Positions 28,340-37,897 of a stretch of DNA of 64,000 nt are shown in pieces. Numbering within the stretch: the first letter of the stretch is position 1; each line of letters opens with the position of its first letter. The notes under the pieces are model-generated. The model made no database searches and was not told where the DNA came from. It worked only from the letters and a program-made list of their open reading frames with translations. The stretch is taken from assembly GCA_964446935.1 (NCBI GenBank), contig CAYUQI010000006.1:218-64217 (forward strand), in the 5' to 3' direction. This stretch comes from an uncultured Pseudomonadota bacterium (GTDB lineage Bacteria > Babelota > Babeliae > Babelales > RVW-14). The position numbers and the translations under genes are program-made.

Positions 28340-29569
28340 TTATTGTTCAGTGAGCGCAATGACCGGATCAAGGCGAGATGCCTTGCGTGCTGGGTAGTAG
28401 CCAAAAATCAGACCAACGATGACGATAGCAACGGTTGCAATGAGCATTGATATGGGAGTGATGATGACAATCCATCCGGTCGCAAGACTTACGACGAAAG
28501 GAATACCACACCCAAGTATGACGCCAATTATTCCTCCCAGACTGCACAGAATGATTGATTCTAATAAAAATTGACGCATGATTGCTTTGTCTGGGGCTCC
28601 CAAGGCCATCCGAATGCCAATTTCCTGCGTTCGTTCTCCGACTGAGACTAACATGATGTTCATAACACCAATGCCGCCGACAAGAAGTGATATGGCAGCA
28701 ATAATAAATAAAAGAAGGCTGAGGATGGTGGCTGATGCTTGTGCTGCCTTGAGCATAGATGCTTGATCCCACAGCGTAAAGTCGTCTGGCTGGCCAATCT
28801 CAATTCTTCGACGAGCGCGTAGAATCTTTTTGATTCCTCGTGTCGCCTGTGGAATAACGTTATTTGATTTGATTGACAATGCGATGCCATGAATTTGATT
28901 GCCAGGAGGTGCGAGTCTACATTTTTTGGCTGTTGTGATTGGAATAAACACATCGAGATTTGGATCAGAGAAGGTCTGTTGTGTTTCTAGCTTTTTAAGT
29001 ATTCCAATGACCGTAAAGTTTATTTTTTTTAATTGAACAGATTTTCCTAACGGATCGGCGTTTTTAAAGAGGTTGAGCGCTGCTTGTGAGCCTAAAACGA
29101 TGACGCGTGATCCTTTGTAAACATGTTCTGGGCTGAACAGTTGTCCTTTGGCGAGCCGACGACTTAAAACAGCAAACAAGTCTGCAGATCCCGATTTAAT
29201 TTGGGTACTTATTGTTGAGCCATATGCAGTAATTTTATCGCTGCTATAACCCATTGGGCTTGCATTTTTAATAAATGAAACATTATTTCGTAGTAATTCA
29301 ACGTCAGCGTAAACAAATGGAAGAATTCTTTTTTTTGATATGTTTTTTCCTTGTGTTACCGCAACGGTGTTGCCGGGATCTATATAAACAAAATTGTCGC
29401 CATATGCCATAATTTCTTGTTTAATTCGTTCTTCCGCCCCCCGCCCAATTGCCATTATGGCAATAATTGAGCCAATACCAATGATGATGCCGAGCATGGT
29501 TAGCAACGAACGGCCTTTGTGGTGCTTGAGTGATCGTAATGCGGTAAGTAATAAAGTTTTTGTATTCAT
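28340..29569 (-). CDS. MacB/FtsX-type ABC transporter permease (locus 2, no adjacent ATPase)
   Basis: Clear paralog of 21444-22655 with the same architecture and the same GERTQEIGIRMALGA motif. Confidence 0.85.
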   Translation of the reverse strand: MNTKTLLLTALRSLKHHKGRSLLTMLGIIIGIGSIIAIMAIGRGAEERIKQEIMAYGDNFVYIDPGNTVAVTQGKNISKKRILPFVYADVELLRNNVSFIKNASPMGYSSDKITAYGSTISTQIKSGSADLFAVLSRRLAKGQLFSPEHVYKGSRVIVLGSQAALNLFKNADPLGKSVQLKKINFTVIGILKKLETQQTFSDPNLDVFIPITTAKKCRLAPPGNQIHGIALSIKSNNVIPQATRGIKKILRARRRIEIGQPDDFTLWDQASMLKAAQASATILSLLLFIIAAISLLVGGIGVMNIMLVSVGERTQEIGIRMALGAPDKAIMRQFLLESIILCSLGGIIGVILGCGIPFVVSLATGWIVIITPISMLIATVAIVIVGLIFGYYPARKASRLDPVIALTEQ

Positions 29570-29572
29570 GGT

Positions 29573-30790
29573 TTATAATGAACCTCTAAACCATTTCTTA
29601 TAAATTTCGTCCATTTCGTTTGGTTCTTCAACATCAGAAATAATTTCTTGATTTTCTGCCAGCCCTTCTTTAATTTCGCTATACATATTATCAGTTAGAC
29701 CAAGAGTTACTGCTTTTTGTATAAAAGCATTACCTTCTTTAATCCAGACAAACTTTACTATTTTGCTTACATCAGCTTTACGCAATTTTTTTTGTTCTTG
29801 TTCAGCGAGCGGTTTGTATTCAAAATTCATTATCTGAGCAGCCATTTGAATAAATGTTGGATTAATATAAAACGTTGGGTTGCTTATACTGATAACGTTT
29901 TTTGCTTTAGCAATACTGATGGTGGCATTGGCAATCATTCCTGGTCTGAATAGTCGGTTACTGTTATCAATGTCCACAATAGCTTTATATGATGGCGTTG
30001 TGTCTTGCGCTTGCGTAGTGAGTGTTGTGCTTAACTTAGGAACAAAACTGACTTCATTGATGTTGCTTTTGATTCGCATGTCAGGGAAGCTGTTTGGGAC
30101 TAAGACTGTTTTTTGCTGTTGTTTAATATGCCCAATCTCGCTTTCATCAATGTCGAGCGTTGCTTTCATTTTTGTTATGTCCTGTGCAATTTCAAACAGA
30201 ACGCTGTTGCTGACATCGCTGACCACTGCGCCTTTGGTTGCATGTACCGCAATGACAAGTCCGTCTTCTGGCGCTTTTATTTTTATAGATTCATAGAGAA
30301 GAATGTTTTTATCGAGTGTTGCCCGTTTTGTTTTAACATCTTCCAATGCTTTGCTGTAATCCCTGTATACTTTTTGATAGGTATCTTTGGCCAGTTGTCC
30401 ACTTTGGTATAAAACTTTTTGTCGAGCGAAATACTTTTCTTGATACTCAAATTCTTTTTGAGCTTGCGCGAGGGTATGCCGCGCTTCTTTAACTTCAGTG
30501 TTGTTTTTACCGATATCAATGAATGCTAGGATCTGATTCCTTTTGACGGTCTGATTTTCTTTAACATAAATTTCTTTGACCGTACCAACTTGAAAGCTAC
30601 CCACTTTCATAACGTCTTTGATTTCCAGTACCCCTGAAGTTGCAATAGTATGCTTAATGGTACGTCGCTGTACTTTTTCGATGGTAAAGAGTTGCTTGGT
30701 TGGTGTTTTTGTTTTTTGGTATAAAAAGTAGCCGCCTGTGGCCAGTACGCTTATCACGATGAGAATAACAATTGGTTTTTTCATGTTCAT
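29573..30790 (-). CDS. HlyD/MacA-family periplasmic adaptor (locus 2)
   Basis: Paralog of 23348-24565. The probable start is MNMKKPIVILIV... at 30790. It ends 3 nt before the permease gene. Confidence 0.8.
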   Translation of the reverse strand: MNMKKPIVILIVISVLATGGYFLYQKTKTPTKQLFTIEKVQRRTIKHTIATSGVLEIKDVMKVGSFQVGTVKEIYVKENQTVKRNQILAFIDIGKNNTEVKEARHTLAQAQKEFEYQEKYFARQKVLYQSGQLAKDTYQKVYRDYSKALEDVKTKRATLDKNILLYESIKIKAPEDGLVIAVHATKGAVVSDVSNSVLFEIAQDITKMKATLDIDESEIGHIKQQQKTVLVPNSFPDMRIKSNINEVSFVPKLSTTLTTQAQDTTPSYKAIVDIDNSNRLFRPGMIANATISIAKAKNVISISNPTFYINPTFIQMAAQIMNFEYKPLAEQEQKKLRKADVSKIVKFVWIKEGNAFIQKAVTLGLTDNMYSEIKEGLAENQEIISDVEEPNEMDEIYKKWFRGSL

Positions 30791-31037
30791 ATGATTTTTT
30801 CCCTGAGGGATTTGCCGTTCGTATTCTCCCATTCAGCCCTTGGCAGAGCTTCCATCGGGACAAACGGTTTTTTGTTGTTCAAATGAATATTTTCCGCTTT
30901 TTGTCATGCTAGACTCATTTCAGCATCCATATTTATAAATGCAGCGAGTTCTGTGGATCCTGAAATAAACTCAGGATGGCAAAATGAGGAAATACATACG
31001 TTATTCTAGCGAAAAGATAGTTGTATGGAAAGAATAT

Positions 31038-31067
31038 AAGAAAAAAGGCCCCTTATTCAAGGGGCCT
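31038..31067 (-). terminator. intrinsic terminator of dnaK
   Basis: 9-bp stem AGGCCCCTT / AAGGGGCCT just after the dnaK stop. On the minus strand it is followed by TTTTTTCT. Confidence 0.8.
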
Positions 31068-31072
31068 ACTGA

Positions 31073-32989
31073 TTACTTTTCTTCTTTGAAGTCGGCATCG
31101 ATAGGTCCGTTGCCACCTTTGTTGTCATCATCCTTGTCCTTGTGTTGCTGATCTTGGTTGTCAGATGATGGTTGTTTGCCCTGTTGATCTTTGTATAGAA
31201 TTTCTGCGATTTTGTAAGAAGCTTGAATCAAATCATCGTGTGCTTTTTGGAGTGCATCCCCGTCATTTTCTTTTTCTTTGAGTGTTTTCTTTGCTTCCTC
31301 TATAGCTTTTTCGACAGTATTGACTTCGGCTATAGGAAGTTTTTCTTTGTTTTCAGTGATTGTTTTTTCGATTTGATTAATGGTGTTATCTAATGTGTTG
31401 CGCTTGTCGATGACTTCTCGGTGCTTTTTATCTTCTGATTCATGCAACTGTGCCTCTTTAACCATGCGATCAACTTCATCTTTAGATAATCCGGATGAAT
31501 TGGTAATAGAGATGCGTTGCTCCTTGCCAGTTCCAAGGTCCTTGGCTGACACGTGAACAATACCATTGGCATCGATATCAAAGGCGACTTCAATTTGTGG
31601 AACACCACGTGGTGCTGCTGGGATTCCTTCGAGACGAAATTTGCCTAATGTTTTATTGTCATGAGCAAATTCACGTTCACCTTGGACGACGTGGATGTCA
31701 ACGGCTGTCTGATTGTTTTCAGCTGTTGAAAATACTTGTGATTTTCGCGTTGGAATGGTTGTGTTGCGATCAATGATCTTGGCAACGACACTGCCCAATG
31801 TTTCAATACCCAATGACAATGGTGTCACGTCGAGTAAGAGAACGTTGGTTACCTCTCCTGCGAGCACACCACCTTGTATGGCGGCGCCTACAGAGACCAC
31901 TTCGTCAGGGTTGACTGACCTATTTGGCTCTTTGCCAAAGAAATCTTTGACCATATTTTGTACTTTAGGAATACGGGTTGAGCCACCGACCAGAATGACT
32001 TCGTCAATTTTTGATACATCGACTCCGGCATCGGCAATTGCTTTTTTGCATGGTTCGAAGAGTCTTTTGAAGATATCTGCGCATAAATTTTCGAATTTTG
32101 ATCGCGAAATTTTTGTAACTAAATGTTTAGGTCCGCTGGCATCGGCAGTGATGTATGGTAAATTGATTTCGGTCTCGGACATGGATGAAAGTTCAATTTT
32201 GGCTTTTTCTGCGGCTTCTTTTAAACGTTGAAGTGCCATTTTATCATTACGAAGGTCCATGCCATTTTCTTTTTTGAATTCATCGACTAAATATTGAATC
32301 AAATGTTCATCGATATTGTCACCACCCAGCATGGTATCCCCATTGGTGGATTTAACCTCGGTTACTCCATCACCAACTTCTAGTACGGAAATATCAAATG
32401 TACCACCACCGAAGTCAAATACCGCTATCGTTTCATTTTTCTTTTTATCAAGTCCATAGGCTAACGCTGCGGCAGTTGGCTCGTTAATGATTCGTTTGAC
32501 ATCCAGGCCGGCTATGCGGCCCGCATCCTTGGTTGCTTGACGTTGTGCATCATTGAAGTAAGCAGGTACGGTGATGACCGCTTCTGTTATTTTTTCGCCC
32601 AGGTAATCTTCGGCTGCTTGTTTTAATTTTTGTAAGACGGCTGCGGAGATTTCTTGTGGAGAAAGTTCCTTACCATTGATGTCAACGGCAGCGTCTCCAT
32701 TTTTGCCGGCGATAACTTTGTAAGGTGCAAGCTTAAGCTCTTCAGCCTTGAGTTCTGCGTACTTTTTACCAATGAATCGTTTAATGGAAAATATGGTATT
32801 TGTTGGATTGGTAATTGCCTGACGTTTGGCTATGGAGCCGACCAAGCGTTGCCCGTCTTTAGTAAAGGCGACGACTGATGGGGTTGTATTTGCCCCTTCT
32901 TGGTTTGGAATCACCTTGGCGGTGCCTCCCTCCATGAATGACACAACTGAGTTGGTCGTACCTAAGTCTATTCCTATAATCTTTCCCAT
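31073..32989 (-). CDS. dnaK: molecular chaperone DnaK (Hsp70)
   Basis: [17 protein letters not shown] and [13 protein letters not shown] signatures. 638 aa. Confidence 0.97.
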   Translation of the reverse strand: MGKIIGIDLGTTNSVVSFMEGGTAKVIPNQEGANTTPSVVAFTKDGQRLVGSIAKRQAITNPTNTIFSIKRFIGKKYAELKAEELKLAPYKVIAGKNGDAAVDINGKELSPQEISAAVLQKLKQAAEDYLGEKITEAVITVPAYFNDAQRQATKDAGRIAGLDVKRIINEPTAAALAYGLDKKKNETIAVFDFGGGTFDISVLEVGDGVTEVKSTNGDTMLGGDNIDEHLIQYLVDEFKKENGMDLRNDKMALQRLKEAAEKAKIELSSMSETEINLPYITADASGPKHLVTKISRSKFENLCADIFKRLFEPCKKAIADAGVDVSKIDEVILVGGSTRIPKVQNMVKDFFGKEPNRSVNPDEVVSVGAAIQGGVLAGEVTNVLLLDVTPLSLGIETLGSVVAKIIDRNTTIPTRKSQVFSTAENNQTAVDIHVVQGEREFAHDNKTLGKFRLEGIPAAPRGVPQIEVAFDIDANGIVHVSAKDLGTGKEQRISITNSSGLSKDEVDRMVKEAQLHESEDKKHREVIDKRNTLDNTINQIEKTITENKEKLPIAEVNTVEKAIEEAKKTLKEKENDGDALQKAHDDLIQASYKIAEILYKDQQGKQPSSDNQDQQHKDKDDDNKGGNGPIDADFKEEK

Positions 32990-33076
32990 TGTATTTTCCC
33001 CTATGATTTTTGTCGTTTTTATCGATATTTCTTTAATTAAATCTACATTATTGCACTCAACTTTTATACTAATGAT

Positions 33077-33105
33077 ATTTTAGTGTTTTACCCCATATCT
33101 GTCAA
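33077..33105 (-). promoter_or_regulatory. sigma70-type promoter candidate for dnaK
   Basis: The minus strand reads TTGACA-17 nt-TAAAAT, about 85 nt upstream of the dnaK ATG. Confidence 0.5.
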
Positions 33106-33129
33106 GCCCTCTTTTTAAAGAATCTGAGT

Positions 33130-33345
33130 GTAGGCCGCTCAACTCCGTCTCAGCCCCCCAGCCTTTGCCTTGGGCTTGATTGCTCGGGGGTTTTTTCGGT
33201 GGGTTTTAGAGCAGGGTGCTCGGGGGTATGGCACGGGGGTGTTTGGGAATGGGGCTGGGGGGCCTCGACTCCGTTGGCTTAGGGGATAAGGAAGATACCT
33301 GATGTGAAAGAACCAATCGTACGGCTTGAGGGTTTTACCAGATGC
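33130..33345. other. non-coding GC-rich, G-tract-rich island (function unknown)
   Basis: No ORF of 60 aa or more in any frame. My hand count gives 88 G+C in 140 nt (33131-33270), about 63%, against an AT-rich background. There are about 11 G-tracts of 3 or more on the plus strand. The 11-nt tract GCCCCCCAGCC (33163-33173) is perfectly complementary to GGCTGGGGGGC (33253-33263). Confidence 0.5.
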
Positions 33346-33393
33346 TTGGTGCTAGTAGGTTGCTTAATGATTTAAGAGTTAAATGATTGATAA

Positions 33394-34776
33394 TTAATAG
33401 ATTGAATGATTGATGATTAATGCAATGACTAAGGAAATGATAATCCAGATTAAGAGGTACCAATAATTAGTTTTGAAGTTTAGTTTTACTTTCCATAGAT
33501 AGAAGGCGTTAGTAGCAATGATGAAGAAGCTAATGATGCGGATAATAATCAGACCAATGAGTGTTGCAATGGGAGAGGTTATGGTGGAAGAAGTGATAAG
33601 TCCGTAGAAAATAACGAATTCGAGGAGTTTGAAAAAACAAAGTTTTTGAGCAGATTCTTCGATGATATAAAACTGTTCATAGAGAATAAAGAAGAACTCA
33701 CTGAATGAGATAAGGAGATAGAGGAGTGCAAGTGATAACCCATACATAGTGATATTGTACTGCATGCCAAGATGCGCAATAGTTGTGATATTACCAACGA
33801 CAAGAATGATGACTGGAGCTATGACAATAATAAGTTTTTGTGAAAGAACGGAGAAAGCTTCCTTTTTGGCGAGCTGCCCGCTTTCCTTGATGTTGGCAAG
33901 GAGAGCGTTTCCTGAATAATTGATGGAAGCTTTGACGATTGCCTGGATAGCACTGATACCCATACTTACCAGATAGAAGATACCGGCAGAACCAAGGTCG
34001 AATTTGAGGGCGAAGAGGGGGGTAAGGAAGTTACTGGTAAAGATATTCCTCCCTATGCGTAGGAGGTAATTAAAGAGTCTTGTAGAAATGAGTCTTTTAG
34101 CAAATGAAGGTGGAAAATGGGACATTGTATCACGGGGAAGTGTTTTGTAATAACGCCGAATGAAGATAATAAAGATGGTTACGCAGGCGATTGAGTCAAT
34201 GACATGGGGAATAAAAATATGATTAGGGCTTAGATGTGGATGGAACGTAAAGTAAGGGATCCATATACTCGCTAAATATATTATGAATAATGACAGCTCG
34301 GTGATGACAATGCGCTTGGCATGAAATGTTGTGTATAAAAGCAAGCGCAGGAAACTACGTGTTGCCTCAAATAGTATTAATAAAAAAATAATCCACCAAA
34401 AAGGGGTTTGGGAAAAGCGCTGGGTGGCAAACAATGCAGTTGTTAATGCGCCTATAATAATAAATGGAAGGTGTGGAAGCAGCGAATATGTGATGAGAAA
34501 CTGTTTGAAATTTTGTTTACTCTGCATGGCGAGGTGCAAAAAAGGTGGAATAGAGTTGGTAGCTCCCAGGTCGACTAGATACGTAGTGAGATACGAGAGA
34601 GAAAAAATACTACCAATGATACCATAGGTAGCGGTGGGAAGCAGTTTGAAAAGAAGTATGCAGTGAATGAACTTGAGAAGCTCGTAAAAAATACTCCCGG
34701 TGAGCGCCCACCGTAAGTTTCTGTGAAATTGTTTTTGTATGTGTGGATCAATGGCGGTTTGGATAATCGTTGTCAT
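33394..34776 (-). CDS. polytopic membrane protein, MOP/Wzx-like flippase candidate
   Basis: 460 aa with about 12-14 predicted TM helices. The size and topology resemble polysaccharide/lipid-linked oligosaccharide flippases, but I saw no diagnostic motif. Confidence 0.4.
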   Translation of the reverse strand: MTTIIQTAIDPHIQKQFHRNLRWALTGSIFYELLKFIHCILLFKLLPTATYGIIGSIFSLSYLTTYLVDLGATNSIPPFLHLAMQSKQNFKQFLITYSLLPHLPFIIIGALTTALFATQRFSQTPFWWIIFLLILFEATRSFLRLLLYTTFHAKRIVITELSLFIIYLASIWIPYFTFHPHLSPNHIFIPHVIDSIACVTIFIIFIRRYYKTLPRDTMSHFPPSFAKRLISTRLFNYLLRIGRNIFTSNFLTPLFALKFDLGSAGIFYLVSMGISAIQAIVKASINYSGNALLANIKESGQLAKKEAFSVLSQKLIIVIAPVIILVVGNITTIAHLGMQYNITMYGLSLALLYLLISFSEFFFILYEQFYIIEESAQKLCFFKLLEFVIFYGLITSSTITSPIATLIGLIIIRIISFFIIATNAFYLWKVKLNFKTNYWYLLIWIIISLVIALIINHSIY

Positions 34777-34993
34777 AATTGTGAAAGAACCTACATAAGG
34801 ATTAGTCTTTTATCTTCAGTATACTATTCTTTCTGTAAAATTAAAGAAACGTAGGAGCAACTTTATTACTATAATGTAATAGAATTCGTCGTTTTACTAA
34901 AAAATACCACAAACACTTCCGAATCGCATTAATCATTGAGTACAATAAATACAGAAATTGACTACGTGGAAATGGGTTGAGGGGGAAAGGGAT

Positions 34994-35054
34994 AGGCTTG
35001 CAGGCTATCAAGGGAAGACCCGAGGAGCATAGCTTGCAGGCCTGTTTCTTTTCT
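34994..35054 (+). terminator. orphan long hairpin with U-tail (terminator-like)
   Basis: AGGCTTGCAGGCTAT (34994-35008) pairs with ATAGCTTGCAGGCCT (35029-35043): 15 bp including 2 G-U pairs. The 20-nt loop contains a GGG-AAGA-CCC mini-hairpin. GTTTCTTTTCT follows. No plus-strand gene lies upstream. Confidence 0.45.
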
Positions 35055-35197
35055 ATCAAAAATATCCTTGTACAAAAGTGCTCCATAATGAGTGTTTTTT
35101 GCGATTGGTTGAGGTAGGGATCTATTTTTTGTAATATGGATGTACCTTGTGGTGTTATACTAGACGTAATTACATTTACGGGTGGGTTTTAAAGTAG

Positions 35198-36346
35198 GTG
35201 GTGCTCATGAACATTCGTGCACACATTCTTTTGTGCATGTTGGTGTTGGGGAATGATAGGGTGTGGTCACGCACGTCTGATTTTTTTCCGCCATATTCCA
35301 ATTCTGATTATTCGTGTCGGTGTCTACCGAATTTTGACGGTGCTTTGTATCGAAGCATCTCATCAACGAATGAAGGGTTCGTTGTTCATCGACATATCTG
35401 TGAGCTTCAAACGTATCTTCGTTCTTTACAGCCACATATAACCTTTATAGCAGAACTTTTGGATGGCAATACTACTGATGTTGCTGATTGGTTCAATCGT
35501 CAAGCTAAGAGCATTCGCGATTCTGAGGAATCACGTGGTTTGATCGCCTGGCTTCGAGAAACTGCTGCTGTTTTATTGGGACAACAAGCGTCCCTTACTC
35601 ATGATCTTCATGCTGAAATTTCAGCATTCCCCTTTGATGAAATGATCGAATGTGTTCACTCTAATGCTGTTAAACAAGCACTGGGGCTCTACAAGACTAA
35701 TGGCACCTGCGAACCATTGAGAGTACAATGGCGATCCTTAATTGATTTTGCGTCGAATAATGATGCAACAGGATTAGATCAAAACTTTGCTGAAGATATA
35801 CAAGCAGCCATTGCTACAGGTTTGAGCGAGATTGATGCTAAAGTACACAGCGCCTTTGTGGCAGCAAAAGATTATGCCAACCTATGTTATGTATTACATG
35901 TCTTCTTAGCACAACGGGGCATGGGGTATTGCGTGGGAGAATCAAAGGATGCCGCTTCATGGATTGCGAATACCCTTGGCATATCTCAACCTAATGCTGT
36001 TTTTAATCTTTATACAATCTACGACAAGGTAAGCTCATTACCACTTGAAAAAACACTTGCTTCAATCGCAAACTTTATTAAAAGTTTTAAAACTGCGCTC
36101 GAAAAGTTGCAAAAGGAGGCTGCAACGGGCTTTGTGGGGTGGCTTCAAAATAAATGGGTACTCATGCCAATTGCTATTGGCATAATTATGGTGAAGACCG
36201 TACAATTTTTCTTGAGTGATTCCAGTGGTAGTGTTCTATCATCAAATACATCATTGAATAGTACTTCTTCGGGTAATACGTCTTTACCGTTGTATGGGTC
36301 GGGTCGTTTATTAGATTACTCCCAGGCAGAGGATGGTTATGTTTAA
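35198..36346 (+). CDS. hypothetical protein with signal-like N-terminus, C-terminal TM helix and Ser/Thr-rich tail
   Basis: 382-aa ORF whose 3' end overlaps the carD start, so it is likely co-transcribed with carD-miaA. No family recognised. Confidence 0.5.
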   Translation: MVLMNIRAHILLCMLVLGNDRVWSRTSDFFPPYSNSDYSCRCLPNFDGALYRSISSTNEGFVVHRHICELQTYLRSLQPHITFIAELLDGNTTDVADWFNRQAKSIRDSEESRGLIAWLRETAAVLLGQQASLTHDLHAEISAFPFDEMIECVHSNAVKQALGLYKTNGTCEPLRVQWRSLIDFASNNDATGLDQNFAEDIQAAIATGLSEIDAKVHSAFVAAKDYANLCYVLHVFLAQRGMGYCVGESKDAASWIANTLGISQPNAVFNLYTIYDKVSSLPLEKTLASIANFIKSFKTALEKLQKEAATGFVGWLQNKWVLMPIAIGIIMVKTVQFFLSDSSGSVLSSNTSLNSTSSGNTSLPLYGSGRLLDYSQAEDGYV

Positions 36347-36893
36347 AATAAAAGACCGTGTTATTTATCCTGGGCATGGGGTTGCCTTAGTTGAAAATGT
36401 AATCGAAAGGGCGGTATCGGGAACATCTATATCATTTCTTAAATTAACATTTGTATTTAAGGATATGACTATTTTGGTTCCACTGTACAATGTGGAGACT
36501 ATAGGGATTCGTTATCCATGCAAGGAGGAGGAGGTTGAAAAAGTTTTTGGCGAGCTTGCAAAAAGACCAGAAAGGAAGCTGGAAAGCATTGATTTCACAC
36601 CAAGCGGTTGGAATCGTCGGCATAAGGATTATCAAGCAAAGATTTTGAGCGGGAATATTGTTGAGATTGCCAAAATTTATCGTGACCTCATGCATATTGC
36701 ACAACAAAAAGATCTTTCATTTGGTGAACGTGGGGTTCTTGCGACGACAGAAGAGTTAATTGCACAAGAAATTCAGATTGTTCAAAACAAAGAACGAGAG
36801 TTTGTTACCCAGATGCTCCGTAAGCCCTTCAAGCAATTTATCTTTCACGATCGATCATTTTTACAACCAGAAACACCTCCCTCAACATTATGA
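36339..36893 (+). CDS. carD: CarD/CdnL-family RNA polymerase-binding transcription regulator
   Basis: MFKIKDRVIYPGHGVALVENV... is a typical CarD_CdnL_TRCF N-terminal Tudor-like domain. Confidence 0.85.
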   Translation: MFKIKDRVIYPGHGVALVENVIERAVSGTSISFLKLTFVFKDMTILVPLYNVETIGIRYPCKEEEVEKVFGELAKRPERKLESIDFTPSGWNRRHKDYQAKILSGNIVEIAKIYRDLMHIAQQKDLSFGERGVLATTEELIAQEIQIVQNKEREFVTQMLRKPFKQFIFHDRSFLQPETPPSTL

Positions 36894-37831
36894 TGCCACG
36901 TGCCATTATCATTACAGGACCAACAGCATCGGGTAAGACACACGTTGCCGAGATGCTTGCTATGCGTATTGGCGGTGAGATTATTAACGCTGATATGGGA
37001 CAGATGTACACTCCTCTGACCATTGGTACCGCCAAACCTAATTGGCGTCAAGCGCCCGTTGCCTGTCATCTTTTTGATATTCTTCATGAACCGATTGAAT
37101 TCAATGTGCAGCAGTATCGAGCTCGTATTCTTGAGCTTGTCAGCGAAATAATTACGCGCAAGCATGTGCCTATTATTGTTGGAGGCTCTCTGTTTTATCT
37201 TTCATCGCTCTTTTTTCCACCGAAAGAACAGACTATAACTACTACACATAAGGCAGTTGCTCACATTGATATGGATCAAGATACAGCTATATTATGGCAA
37301 GAACTTAAAACAATAGATCCAGAACGTGCCGCAGTACTTCACCCTAATGATCGGTATCGCATTGTAAGGGCGCTGACATTGTGGCAACAGACAGGGCACA
37401 AGCCATCAACCCTGCGGCCAGTTTTTCATGAGCCATTCAAGGCATTGGTTGTGGTTCTCGATCCGTTACGTAACGTTTTGTATGAACGTATTAACAAGCG
37501 AACAAATGACATGGTTTTGCAGGGATGGATTGATGAGGCACATGGGCTTCTTAATACGTCCTGGGAGCCCTTTGTTGCCAAAAAGGGGATTATTGGTTAC
37601 GAGCAGCTCTTTGCGTGGATATGCGCTGGACGATTGCAAGATACTCGTGATGCAGTATTTGCGGATATTGCGCAAAGAACGCGGAATTATGCGCAGCGGC
37701 AGATAATATTTCTGAGGAAGTTTATAAGAGAATTAGGAGCGCATGGAGTATCGACATATGCCGTTTCTGATATGACCAATGATGGGGTGTTGTTGATGAA
37801 GAGAATTAATGAATTTTTGATGAGCTCGTGA
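36890..37831 (+). CDS. miaA: tRNA dimethylallyltransferase MiaA
   Basis: P-loop ITGPTASGKT and INADMGQMY. ATGA overlap with carD. Confidence 0.9.
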   Translation: MMPRAIIITGPTASGKTHVAEMLAMRIGGEIINADMGQMYTPLTIGTAKPNWRQAPVACHLFDILHEPIEFNVQQYRARILELVSEIITRKHVPIIVGGSLFYLSSLFFPPKEQTITTTHKAVAHIDMDQDTAILWQELKTIDPERAAVLHPNDRYRIVRALTLWQQTGHKPSTLRPVFHEPFKALVVVLDPLRNVLYERINKRTNDMVLQGWIDEAHGLLNTSWEPFVAKKGIIGYEQLFAWICAGRLQDTRDAVFADIAQRTRNYAQRQIIFLRKFIRELGAHGVSTYAVSDMTNDGVLLMKRINEFLMSS

Positions 37832-37841
37832 TTAAGAAAAG

Positions 37842-37869
37842 AGGCCAGGGTTCAGAAGAACCATGGCCT
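37842..37869. terminator. bidirectional intrinsic terminator
   Basis: 12-bp stem AGGCCAGGGTTC / GAACCATGGCCT (one mismatch) with loop AGAA. It lies between the convergent miaA and the LRR gene and is flanked by A-runs. Confidence 0.7.
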
Positions 37870-37897
37870 AGAAAAACTTAATAAATCGCCTTTTAGA

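Noticed and set aside
31713-32231. 172-aa plus-strand ORF, and similar long antisense ORFs (42125-42670, 57210-57686, 19881-20330, 12356-12727)
   Set aside because: Each lies entirely antisense within a strongly supported conserved gene (dnaK, ppiD, dnaN and others). They have no independent start signals.
33040-33135. Possible CIRCE (HrcA operator) in the dnaK leader
   Set aside because: Only one half-site-like element (TTGAGTGCAA on the minus strand) is present. No TTAGCACTC-N9-GAGTGCTAA inverted repeat can be formed, and the nearest complementary GAGTG is about 70 nt away.
33250-33345. tmRNA- or RNase P-like start (GGGGCTGGGGGGCCTCGAC; AGAGCAGGGTGC) in the GC-rich island
   Set aside because: The island is under 290 nt and runs into a CDS. 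It lacks the GAGGAAAGTCC and ACAGAA RNase P cores and any tRNA-like CCA-ending 3' domain or tag ORF expected for tmRNA.
34841-35086. 81-aa minus-strand ORF in the flippase/35198 intergenic region
   Set aside because: It overlaps the 15-bp hairpin, has no convincing RBS, and its composition is atypical for this window's CDSs.
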